Source: Planctomycetota bacterium (GTDB taxonomy: Bacteria > Planctomycetota > B15-G4). Taken from it: 64,000 nt of DNA. Location of the stretch: the NCBI GenBank assembly GCA_965248575.1, contig CBDFJQ010000002.1, forward strand, positions 4,768,001 to 4,832,000, given 5' to 3'. Made by a program: the position numbers and the translations under genes. Below, one piece after another: positions 47,422 to 58,573 of this stretch (positions are counted from its first letter, which is position 1; the number at the start of each line of letters is the position of its first letter). The notes below the pieces were generated by a model. The model made no database searches. It saw only the letters and a list, made by a program, of their open reading frames with translations, and was not told where the DNA came from.

Positions 47422-48537
47422 ATGGACAACAAGCAGAGTGACGAAGACGCTCCAGGCGAAGACGAGCCGTCCGTGAGTCGACGGCGCGCGCGCTATCGAG
47501 GCACACATCCGCGCCGCTTTGATGAGAAGTACAAGGAGCATGCGCCGGAGCGCTATCCGGGGCTGGTGGAGCACGTGCGTGGGCGCGGCCGCACTCCAGC
47601 GGGACAGCACGTGCCGATCATGGTGGACGAGGTGTTGGCAGCCCTTGCGCCCAAGCCAGGCGAGCGAGGTGTGGATGGAACCCTCGGATTCGGGGGGCAC
47701 GCGATGCGTGTGTTGGAGGCGCTCGCCCCCGACGGCCAGTTGCTAGGCCTCGATGTGGACCCCGTGGAGTTGCCCAAGACCGAGGCACGGCTTCGGGCGC
47801 TGGGTTACGACGAGAGCGCGCTCAGGGTGCGAAGGAGCAACTTCGCAGGGCTCGGCAAGGCGCTGGGCGAACTGGGTTGGAGCGAGGGCGTCGACTTCTT
47901 CTTCGTGGACCTTGGCGTGTCGTCGATGCAGATCGACGACCCGGGCAGGGGTTTCACCTTCAAGGCGGACGGGCCGTTGGACATGCGCATGAACCCTTCC
48001 CGCGGCAGCTCCGCTGCGCAGTGGCTGGGTGGGGTGTCCGTCGAGAAACTGAGCAAGGTCCTGACGGACTTCGCGGACGAGCCTCACGCACAGCTCCTGG
48101 CGGATGTTCTCGTGGACCGCGCGCGTTCTGCAGCGGGTGCTCCTCGTACGACGCTTGAGTTGGCCGAGACGATCCGATCGGCGCTCGCCCCTGCAGGGCG
48201 CGGGCACGGTCCGTCGGCAGACACGAGCGCTCACGAAGACCCCGAACGCAGCGTGAGGCGCGTCTTCCAGGCGTTGCGCATCCAGGTGAATGACGAGCTG
48301 GGGGCCCTGACGGCTCTGCTCGCTCAGTTGCCGCGTTTCCTCCGCCCTGGAGGGCGGGTGGCGGTGCTCAGCTTCCATTCAGGGGAGGATCGGCGAGTGA
48401 AGGCCGCCTTCCGAGGTGGAGCGGCCGAGGGCGTGTGGGCCTCTGTTTCCGAGGGAGTCATCCGTGCCTCGCAGGCCGAGCAACGGGAGAATCCGCGCTC
48501 CTCGTCCGCCAAGTTGCGTTGGGCGTGTCGGGCCTGA
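47422..48537 (+). CDS. rsmH: 16S rRNA (cytosine1402-N4)-methyltransferase
   Basis: HVPIM, DGTLGFGGH, DLGVSSMQID, GPLDMRM, FQALRIQVNDEL, SFHSGEDR, NPRSSSAKLR. Confidence 0.9.
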   Translation: MDNKQSDEDAPGEDEPSVSRRRARYRGTHPRRFDEKYKEHAPERYPGLVEHVRGRGRTPAGQHVPIMVDEVLAALAPKPGERGVDGTLGFGGHAMRVLEALAPDGQLLGLDVDPVELPKTEARLRALGYDESALRVRRSNFAGLGKALGELGWSEGVDFFFVDLGVSSMQIDDPGRGFTFKADGPLDMRMNPSRGSSAAQWLGGVSVEKLSKVLTDFADEPHAQLLADVLVDRARSAAGAPRTTLELAETIRSALAPAGRGHGPSADTSAHEDPERSVRRVFQALRIQVNDELGALTALLAQLPRFLRPGGRVAVLSFHSGEDRRVKAAFRGGAAEGVWASVSEGVIRASQAEQRENPRSSSAKLRWACRA

Positions 48538-48649
48538 GGGCTTCGCTGCGATTGCTTGTCGACTGACGGAACACGGTTGGTAGGGCTTGGCATAGGATGC
48601 TCTGCTTCCTTCGCGTCTCATCGGAGTGCCCAACTTGAAGTTCCGTCCC

Positions 48650-49927
48650 ATGATCTGGATATCGAGATGGCGCCCGGCGCCGCACGCTGGTGTGCTTGCG
48701 TGGCTCATCCTTTGCGTGCTGGGCGGGGCGGCAGCGGCACAGGATCCGTGGGTGGATCTCGGCAACGCACTCCCGGGTTCGGCGGGAACGCCGGTGCTCT
48801 CGGGCGAAGGCTCCCTGATCGGTGGCACGACCTACACGCTGACATTGACCGGAGCTGCGCCCAACAGCCTGGCGTACCTGGTGATCGGCATGAGCACGGC
48901 CAATGTGCCCTTCGCGGGTGGCGTCATCGTGCCGTCCCTGGACGTCCTGCTCGGGCCCGTCAGCAGCGGGCCAGGCGGGATGTTGCAAGCCAGCCTTCCC
49001 TGGGCTCTTGGCGTCGCGCCGGGCCAGGTGAAGTACTGGCAGATCTGGATCCAGGATGGCGGGGCGCCCCAGGGCTGGTCGGCGACCAACGCCCTGCAGT
49101 CCACGACGCCCACCCAAGTCGGTGGCACCTTTCCCGACGACTGGATCCACGGGGGTGACTGCGGCGGCGATCCCGAGATCCAGGTGCACCGCTACAACGA
49201 CGACACCTACATCTTGCGCCAGTCCATGTGCACCGACTTCGAAGGGCCGTTCATGTATCTGCTCTTCGGTGAGGACAAGGTCTTGCTCGAGGACACCGGT
49301 GCAGGTGGTATCCCCATCGCCAACACGGTGTACGGGATCATCGACGACTGGCTGCTGGAGACGGGCATGAGTTCGATCGAGCTGATCGTGGCGCACAGCC
49401 ACAGCCACGGCGACCACGTGCAAGGGGACAGCCAGTTTGCCGGCCAGCCCAACACCACCGTCGTGGGCACCTCGCAATCCGACGTGGCCAACTTCTTCGA
49501 CATCGCGCCCTGGCCCACTGAGTTGGAGACCTATGACTTGGGCGGTCGTGTCCTGGACGTCGTGGCCATCCCCGGACATCAGACTGCCCACATCGCGCTC
49601 TACGACAGCATGACCGGCTTGTTGCTGACGGGGGATTCGCTCTACCCGGGCTTCATCTTCTTGTCCGGTGCGACCTGGAACACCTACCGGGCGAGCATCT
49701 CGCGGCTGCGCGACTTCGTGGAGCCGCTGCCCGTATCCTGGGTGCTCGGAACGCATGTCGAGATGAAGTCCGTGCCGTTCGAGGCCTATCCCTATGGGAC
49801 GAACAGCCAGCCCAACGAGCGGGACCCCCAGCTTGAGAAGAAGCATCTGCAGGAGCTGGATGACGCCCTGGACCTCTTGCCGACGGCGACGACCGAGATT
49901 CACGCTGACTTCATCATCAACGGCTAG
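48650..49927 (+). CDS. Secreted MBL-fold hydrolase with N-terminal conserved module
   Basis: Signal peptide AAA-QD; HSHSHGDH, PGH, TGD, GTH. Confidence 0.87.
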   Translation: MIWISRWRPAPHAGVLAWLILCVLGGAAAAQDPWVDLGNALPGSAGTPVLSGEGSLIGGTTYTLTLTGAAPNSLAYLVIGMSTANVPFAGGVIVPSLDVLLGPVSSGPGGMLQASLPWALGVAPGQVKYWQIWIQDGGAPQGWSATNALQSTTPTQVGGTFPDDWIHGGDCGGDPEIQVHRYNDDTYILRQSMCTDFEGPFMYLLFGEDKVLLEDTGAGGIPIANTVYGIIDDWLLETGMSSIELIVAHSHSHGDHVQGDSQFAGQPNTTVVGTSQSDVANFFDIAPWPTELETYDLGGRVLDVVAIPGHQTAHIALYDSMTGLLLTGDSLYPGFIFLSGATWNTYRASISRLRDFVEPLPVSWVLGTHVEMKSVPFEAYPYGTNSQPNERDPQLEKKHLQELDDALDLLPTATTEIHADFIING

Positions 49928-49969
49928 CAGCGTGAAGGCCCACGGACTCGTGCCCCTAGCCATGCGTGC

Positions 49970-51070
49970 ATGATCTCACTCAACCAGGCGGGGACCAGTT
50001 GGCCCAAGCCGGCTGCGGTTCAGGCTGCAGTTGCCGAGGCGTTGCGCGCGTCGCCTTCGGATTGGACGTCGACGTTTCAGTGGGCGCACGAGCTGGTTGC
50101 GGCGTCCTTTGGTATTGCTGACCCGGCGCGTTTGTTGCTGACACCGGCAGCCACGTCGGCGCTCGCCGTGGGGGTGAGCGACCATCCTTGGGAACGCGGG
50201 GATCGTGTGCTGGTGAGCGGGCTGGAACACCACGCAGTCCACAGGCCCGCCAGCCTCTTGGGCGAACGCGGCGTGGAGCTCGGCGTGATCCCTCGATCCG
50301 TCGACGCCCCCTTGGACCTCGGGCAACTACGGTCGTCGCTCGAAGAAGGGCGCGTCCGGCTCGTGGCCATGACCGCGGCCTGCAATGTGACGGGGGAGTT
50401 GTTGCCCGTCGCAGAAGTGGTCCGCCTGGCGCACGAGCACGGCGCCCTTTGCCTCATCGACGGTGCACAGGTGGTGGGCTGGTTGCCAGTCGATGTCCAG
50501 GCCTGGGGCGTGGACCTCTTCGCCTTCGCCGGCCACAAGGCCCTCCACGCGCCGTGGGGTCTTGGAGGGCTCTACGTCGCGCCCCATGTGTCCATGATTT
50601 CGCCCTCCGCAGTCTGCGAGCTTCCTGTCGACGGCGAAGCCGCCGTCTGCAATACGATGCCGGGCTACTGCGATGTGGGCTCTGTGGACCGGGTGGCCCT
50701 CGCTGGCTTGGCGGCCGCTCTCCAGTGGTTGGAGCAGGAGCAGCAGCTGCAGCGCTTGCTCCTCGCCCGGCAACGCATCGAACGCTTGACCAAGGCGCTC
50801 GAGGCACGCCCCGATGTGACCCTCTACGGCGCACGAGATCCCGAGCGACGTCTGCCAACTGTTGCGTTCACCATTCGGGGGCGCGACTCCACCCAGGTTG
50901 CCGCGGACTTCGCACGCGCCGGAATCCTGGTGGGGAGCGGCTTGCAGTGCGCACCGCTGGCGCACGAGAGCCTGGGCACCGCCCCCGAGGGCGTCGTCCG
51001 TCTCAGTGTTGGACCCATGCATTCTGACAGGGACATCGAGCATGTGTTGCGGGTCGTGGAGGACGTCTGA
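49970..51070 (+). CDS. Class V aminotransferase, cysteine desulfurase family
   Basis: TSWPKP, EHHAV, DGAQ, AGHK (PLP lysine), GLQCAPLAH, VRLS. Confidence 0.88.
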   Translation: MISLNQAGTSWPKPAAVQAAVAEALRASPSDWTSTFQWAHELVAASFGIADPARLLLTPAATSALAVGVSDHPWERGDRVLVSGLEHHAVHRPASLLGERGVELGVIPRSVDAPLDLGQLRSSLEEGRVRLVAMTAACNVTGELLPVAEVVRLAHEHGALCLIDGAQVVGWLPVDVQAWGVDLFAFAGHKALHAPWGLGGLYVAPHVSMISPSAVCELPVDGEAAVCNTMPGYCDVGSVDRVALAGLAAALQWLEQEQQLQRLLLARQRIERLTKALEARPDVTLYGARDPERRLPTVAFTIRGRDSTQVAADFARAGILVGSGLQCAPLAHESLGTAPEGVVRLSVGPMHSDRDIEHVLRVVEDV

Positions 51071-51289
51071 CCGGGGGCCGCCTGGGTAGGCCGGACCCGT
51101 CCGCGGCAAAGCCCCGTCAGAGAACCATGTGATCCGGAGAGACCGATCTCGAATTCTCGTGATTCAGGAGACGGCCGGCGGGGGATTCCGTCGCGGCCTG
51201 CTAGGGTTTTGAGCCCGCGCGAGGCGCTAGGCTGACGCCGTGCTCGCCTGAATCGGATGGCAGGAACGCTCACGACCCGGAGCTGCTTG

Positions 51290-52984
51290 ATGGACACGCT
51301 GACCAACCTCGTCGACGACCTCAACAGCATCGTCTGGGATTGGGGGATCACTGTTGCCGGGGAGACCATCCCCTTCGTGGTGATCGCGCTGTTGGGCACG
51401 GGGGTGTTCCTGGCCTTCCGTTTGCGCTTGATCCAGATACGGCATCTCGCACACGGCTTCGGTGTCACCACCGGTAAGTACGACGACCCCAACGAGCCGG
51501 GCGATGTGTCCCACTTCCAGGCCCTGACCACCGCCCTCTCGGCGACGGTCGGCATCGGCAACATCGCCGGTGTTGCCTTGGCCATCCATTGGGGCGGCCC
51601 GGGTGCGCTCTTCTGGATGTGGGTCACCGCCTTCCTCGGCATGGGCTTGAAGTACGCCGAGGTCACGCTGGCTCAGCACTTCCGCCAGGTGGAGAAGGAG
51701 GACAAGGACCCCACCGCCTGGGAGGGCTCGGTGTCGGGCGGACCCATGTACTACATCGAGCACGGACTGGGCCCGGCCTGGAAGCCCATGGCCATGTTCT
51801 TTGCGGGCGCCCTGCTTCTGACCTCCTTCTTGACGGGCAATGGCGTGCAGTCGAACACGGTGGCGGATGCCGTGCTGACCCAGTTTGGTCTGCCTGTCTG
51901 GGTGACCGGGTTGCTCACGGCCAGCGTCGTCTCCGTGGTGATCCTGGGTGGCATCAGCCGCATCGGCAAGGTGACGGGAATCCTGGCGCCGGTGATGGCG
52001 GCGATCTACGTCGCAGGGGCCGCGATCATCGTGGCCATGAATCTCGATCAGGTGCTGCCGACCCTGGAGCTGATCATGCGCGAAGCCTTCAACCCCACGG
52101 CAGGCGTGGCCGGCACGGGCATGGGCGCGATCCTGGTCACCCTCATGTGGGGTGTGCGTCGCGGCCTGTTCTCCAATGAAGCCGGGCAGGGTTCAGCGCC
52201 CATCGCCCACGCTGCTGCAAAGACCAATGAGCCGGTGTCTGAAGGCGTGGTCGCGTTGCTCGAACCGTTCATCGACACCATCGTGATCTGCACCATGACC
52301 GGACTGGTGATCCTGATGACGGGTGTCTGGGACGCCAAGTTCCCTACCGAACTGGTGATCGGCGGGGGTGACAGCTCGTACGTCACGGTCGATGCCGACG
52401 GCGGCATGGAGGAAGCCGACGAGCCGGAGAGCGTAGCGGTCGGTGCGGGGCTGCAGGCGGACGGCGTGAAGCTGGCCTGGCATGACGTGGCCGTAGATGT
52501 GTTGTTCACTGATGCTGAGCAGACCCGTCCCTTTACCGGGACGATCAGACCGGCTGACAACGTCGCTGTGGCTGCCGACAATTCGGAGTACAGCTCTCTC
52601 TACGGCAATGCGGTGGAGGCGGGCGCCCCGTTGACGCAAGCAGCCTTCCGCAAGGGCCTCGCACCGTTGGGCGACTGGGGGCACTTCATCGTGATCCTGT
52701 CAGTGATCCTGTTCGGGATCTCGACTGCGATCTCGTGGAGCTACTACGGCGATCGCTGTGCCAACTATATGTTCGGCAAGAAGGCGATCATGCCCTACAA
52801 GCTCGTGTTCATCGTGGCGCACTTCCTGGGAGCCGTCGTTAGCCTGAGCTTCGTTTGGACCTTGGGCGATGTCGCCTTGGGCATCGTGATCCTGCCCAAT
52901 CTGATCGCGGTGGTGATGCTCTCCGGCCTGGTGGTGAAGCTGACCAACAGCTATTTCGAGCGGAAGCCCTGGATCAAGAGCTGA
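51290..52984 (+). CDS. Alanine/glycine:cation symporter (AGCS)
   Basis: TVGIGNIAGV, GGPGALFWMW, GGPMYY, RGLFSNEAGQGSAP, FIDTIVIC, WSYYG. Confidence 0.95.
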   Translation: MDTLTNLVDDLNSIVWDWGITVAGETIPFVVIALLGTGVFLAFRLRLIQIRHLAHGFGVTTGKYDDPNEPGDVSHFQALTTALSATVGIGNIAGVALAIHWGGPGALFWMWVTAFLGMGLKYAEVTLAQHFRQVEKEDKDPTAWEGSVSGGPMYYIEHGLGPAWKPMAMFFAGALLLTSFLTGNGVQSNTVADAVLTQFGLPVWVTGLLTASVVSVVILGGISRIGKVTGILAPVMAAIYVAGAAIIVAMNLDQVLPTLELIMREAFNPTAGVAGTGMGAILVTLMWGVRRGLFSNEAGQGSAPIAHAAAKTNEPVSEGVVALLEPFIDTIVICTMTGLVILMTGVWDAKFPTELVIGGGDSSYVTVDADGGMEEADEPESVAVGAGLQADGVKLAWHDVAVDVLFTDAEQTRPFTGTIRPADNVAVAADNSEYSSLYGNAVEAGAPLTQAAFRKGLAPLGDWGHFIVILSVILFGISTAISWSYYGDRCANYMFGKKAIMPYKLVFIVAHFLGAVVSLSFVWTLGDVALGIVILPNLIAVVMLSGLVVKLTNSYFERKPWIKS

Positions 52985-53156
52985 GCAGGGGGCGGTCAGA
53001 CACCCCGGCTGGATTCCCCCGGAAGGGTATTCCACACGGTTTCCAAGCCCGAGCTGCCTGATCCGGGGAGATTGAGGGGGATCCGGCTCAGGGGCGCAGT
53101 TTTCTCAGCGCTGACGGCCCTCAAGCTGCTCGGCACGGGCCGTCGATGACCCATGG

Positions 53157-55235
<2,079 letters not shown>

Positions 55236-55665
55236 GAGCTGGAGCAGGGCTGGGCCGTTTCTACGGTTGCAGCTCGACCCACTTGGCCTTGCCCCACTCG
55301 CCCCTCCCCGTCGCTGGTGCGAAGCTACGACGAAGGCGGATGAGGCGAAGTCATGCAGATCTTGATGCAACGCGAGGCTGCTGGGCGGTGTTACTTGCCT
55401 AGGGATTCCAGGTATTCAGGCGGTGGGGCACCTGACGGGACACCTTGTTCAAATGGGGGTTGCCGGCCCTGGTCTGCCACTTCACCATGAACATCGAATG
55501 AACGAGGTGTGCACGTGTGTTGTCGCGACGCACGTCGATCTGGAGGCTCAGCATGTTGGCTGGATACGATGAAGCTGGCGTCGACCGAGGCCTCTCACAG
55601 ATTGACCGATCTCAGCGCTCCACCCGCCCTTCGTTCCTACGGCTCCCGCGATTTGCAGGGCAGGT

Positions 55666-56661
55666 ATGACGGCCGAGCTCCAGTACCGAAGGGTCGTCCC
55701 GGAAGATGCCCTTTCGTTGCTGGCCTTGTTCCAGCGGGTCTTCCGCGAAGATGGGACGGGTGACCGAGGCAGCAAGACATGGCGCTGGCGCTTCGAGGAC
55801 CCTCCCCTGGGCAACGAGTCGTGCGTTGCCGAGCTTCGAGATGGGGGGGCCATCGTTGCACACGTGGGTGGGACACCCCACGCCACGGTGTGGGGCGGCG
55901 ATCTGCGGCGGACCATCGAGTGCGTGGACCACATGGTGGCCCCCGAGCTGCGTCGTGGGTTGCGCCGCAGCAGTGTCTTTGCTGCGCTCAAGCTCCAGTG
56001 GTTCGAGCAATACTGTGGGCGCGATCGAGACTTCCTGGCTTGGGGCTTTCCTTCGGAGTGCGACTTCCGGATCGGCAAGCGCTTCGCTGGGTATTCCTTG
56101 CTTCGCACCGTGAGCGTGCTCGTCTGTCAGGATCTCGCTGGCTTTGAACAGCCCATGTCCGTCCTGCTGCGACCTGGCGAGGGGTTCGGTGCCGAGGCGG
56201 ATGCGTTGTGGGCTCGTTGCCAGCCCAGCGTTGGCTACGGTGTGGTTCGGAACTCGGCACACCTTGCCTGGCGCTACGGTACCTGCCCGCACCAGAACTA
56301 CTTCCTGTTGGAGGCACGGGATGCCTCGGACGACTCCGTGCGAGGGCTGTGCGTCCTGAGGCAGGGCGGCCTCTCCCCGGACGTCGCGATGGTCATGGAG
56401 CTGTTGGTGCCCATCGAAGACGTGGATGCGCGACACGCCCTGTTGCGCGGTGCGGCGGCCTGGGCGGCCGACCATCAGCTTGGTGCGCTTGTGGCCTGGT
56501 TCCCTGAATGCACCGAGGAGTTCCTCTTCCTCCAGGACCTCGGCTTCAGGGTGCGCCCCACACGTATGATCGTGGCGGCGCGCACGTGGGACCCCTCGAT
56601 CCATCTGTCAGATGTGCGCAGCTGTTTCTACATGAGTTTTGGCGACATGGACGCATGGTGA
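55666..56661 (+). CDS. GNAT-like N-acyltransferase (two-domain)
   Basis: WRWRFEDPP, VDHMVAPELRRG, WGFPS, RNSAHLAWRY, terminal GDMD. Confidence 0.75.
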   Translation: MTAELQYRRVVPEDALSLLALFQRVFREDGTGDRGSKTWRWRFEDPPLGNESCVAELRDGGAIVAHVGGTPHATVWGGDLRRTIECVDHMVAPELRRGLRRSSVFAALKLQWFEQYCGRDRDFLAWGFPSECDFRIGKRFAGYSLLRTVSVLVCQDLAGFEQPMSVLLRPGEGFGAEADALWARCQPSVGYGVVRNSAHLAWRYGTCPHQNYFLLEARDASDDSVRGLCVLRQGGLSPDVAMVMELLVPIEDVDARHALLRGAAAWAADHQLGALVAWFPECTEEFLFLQDLGFRVRPTRMIVAARTWDPSIHLSDVRSCFYMSFGDMDAW

Positions 56662-58250
56662 CGACAGCGCAGGTCATTCCCTTGCTCTATCCGCGAGCCG
56701 AGCCCGACTTCCCAGACCCCAGGAAGGTGCTGGGGCTTCCACTGTCCGTGCTCACCGTGGCGCGACCGCTTGTGGCCGCGGGTTTCGATGTCCGCATCGT
56801 GGATGAGAACGTGCTGCCCCGCGCCCGCGATCGACTTGAAGCCTTGGCGCGGCCGCTCTTCGTCGGCATCAGCTGTCTCGGCGGCGGGCAGATTCGGAGC
56901 GGCTTGGAGCTGGCGCGCACCAGCAAATCGCTGTGGCCGGATGTCCCCGTGGTGTGGGGTGGCTGGAGTCCGACCATGCTGCCTCATCTCTACGAGGATG
57001 ATGCGCTGCACGAGCTCGTGGACGTCGTGGTCCGCGGGCGCGGCGAGATCCCTGTCCTGGAGATCGCAAGGCGCCTGCAGGCCGGTCTCGACCTGGATGG
57101 AATCGTGGGGGTGTCGTGGCGCGATGACGCTGGTGCCCTCAGGCGCAATGCCGACGGTGTGCTGGATGACCCTCGAGAGGCAGCCCCCCTGCCCTTCGAA
57201 TTGGTGGATGACTGGGATGCCTACCTGACCGGCGACGGCATCCTCAACTTCATGTCGAGCTACGGTTGTCCGCATCGCTGCACCTTCTGTGGCATTCCCA
57301 CCCAGACCCAGACATTTCGACCCATGGAGCCGGCGCGTGTGGTCGAGCAGCTCCTGGAGACGCGCTCCCGGGGCATCCGTAGTGTCGTGTTCTACGACGA
57401 CAACTTCTTCACCTCGCGGGAACGGGTGCTCGAGCTTGCGCGGTGCCTGTCCGAGTCAAACAGCACGTTGGAATGGCACAGCAACGGCCGCATCGACCAG
57501 CTCGGCGCGCTGTCGGATGAAGAACTCGCGCTGATCCACAGCTCGGGGTGCCGCGGTATCAACGTCGGATATGAGACCGGCGATCAGCAGGTTGCGGACC
57601 GGGTCAAGAAGGACGTGCAGGTGGCAGATGTCTTCGAGTTGTCGCGGCGCTTGCACGAGGCGGGCATCCGGCTGAGCATCAACTTCATGGTGGGCCTGCC
57701 TGGGGAAACGTCGGAGAGCCTTGTGCGCTCCCTGGAGACCCTGCTGCGCATCCACGAGCTACATCCGGGTGTCGAGGTCTGTTGGTACATGTTCATGCCC
57801 GCACCCGAGACGGAGGCGTGGCGAGAGATGGTGAGGGACGGTGTGCTTACGGAGCCCGCGACCCTGCAGGAGCACATGCGTTACCAGACGATGTATCTGG
57901 AGCACCCTTGGTTCTACGAGAGTCCGGCGCGGGATGTGATGCGCGACGACCGCGACGACCTCAAGGCCATCACCTGGATCTTTCGCAAGGCCTGGGCTCC
58001 GCCGCCGCGCTCGCTCCTCCTACGACCCTTGGCTGCGCTTCATCGACAGTGGTGTCGTCGGCGCTTCGATGCCAGGCGCTTCGGGCTCACCCTCGATTGG
58101 CGGTTTGCGTTCCAGTGGAATGCCCTGCAAACGCGCGTGCGGTGGGGGTTGGCTCGCCTGGGTCGCCGGCGCTTCTTCGACCGCTTCAGGTCGAAGCCGA
58201 GGCGTCAAGCAACTGGTGTGCCCGGAGTGCACCCGGTGCCGCACGTGTAG
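56655..58250 (+). CDS. Cobalamin-dependent radical SAM protein
   Basis: B12-binding N-domain (PLS, VVWGG, RGRGE); YGCPHRCTFC; YDDNF; GYETG; FMVGLPGET. Confidence 0.92.
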   Translation: MVTTAQVIPLLYPRAEPDFPDPRKVLGLPLSVLTVARPLVAAGFDVRIVDENVLPRARDRLEALARPLFVGISCLGGGQIRSGLELARTSKSLWPDVPVVWGGWSPTMLPHLYEDDALHELVDVVVRGRGEIPVLEIARRLQAGLDLDGIVGVSWRDDAGALRRNADGVLDDPREAAPLPFELVDDWDAYLTGDGILNFMSSYGCPHRCTFCGIPTQTQTFRPMEPARVVEQLLETRSRGIRSVVFYDDNFFTSRERVLELARCLSESNSTLEWHSNGRIDQLGALSDEELALIHSSGCRGINVGYETGDQQVADRVKKDVQVADVFELSRRLHEAGIRLSINFMVGLPGETSESLVRSLETLLRIHELHPGVEVCWYMFMPAPETEAWREMVRDGVLTEPATLQEHMRYQTMYLEHPWFYESPARDVMRDDRDDLKAITWIFRKAWAPPPRSLLLRPLAALHRQWCRRRFDARRFGLTLDWRFAFQWNALQTRVRWGLARLGRRRFFDRFRSKPRRQATGVPGVHPVPHV

Positions 58251-58573
58251 ACATGTCAACATTCCCATGAACCAGGGAACGGCCCTTCCGTTCGAGAAAG
58301 AACAATTCGAACGGGGGAAAGTGCGAACTGTGGCGCGCGATCGCCTGGGATCGGCGCGCACTGGTGAAAACAGCACCGGTTTCGTGAAAGACCTCCCACC
58401 CACGGCGCTCGATCTCGACTAGGGTGGAAGCCACGGGGATCGTGCCGCCGGCGTTGCACCGCGTCACAAGCGTCCGCTTGCCCCGCAGTCATTTCAGGGT
58501 CACTTCGCGTGCCTCCTGAGTTCGTGGGCCGCGACTTTCCCGGTGACCCGATCTCTAACCGGGAGAAGTAGTC

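Noticed and set aside
51130..51289. Glycine riboswitch upstream of the AGCS gene
   Set aside because: GGAGAGACC (51136-44) is present but I could not find the GCCGAAG and CTCTCAGG elements; an Rfam scan would settle it
58277..58422. Short ORF (MNQGTALPF...) after the radical SAM gene as a precursor peptide
   Set aside because: No RBS or coupling, and no precursor-like features
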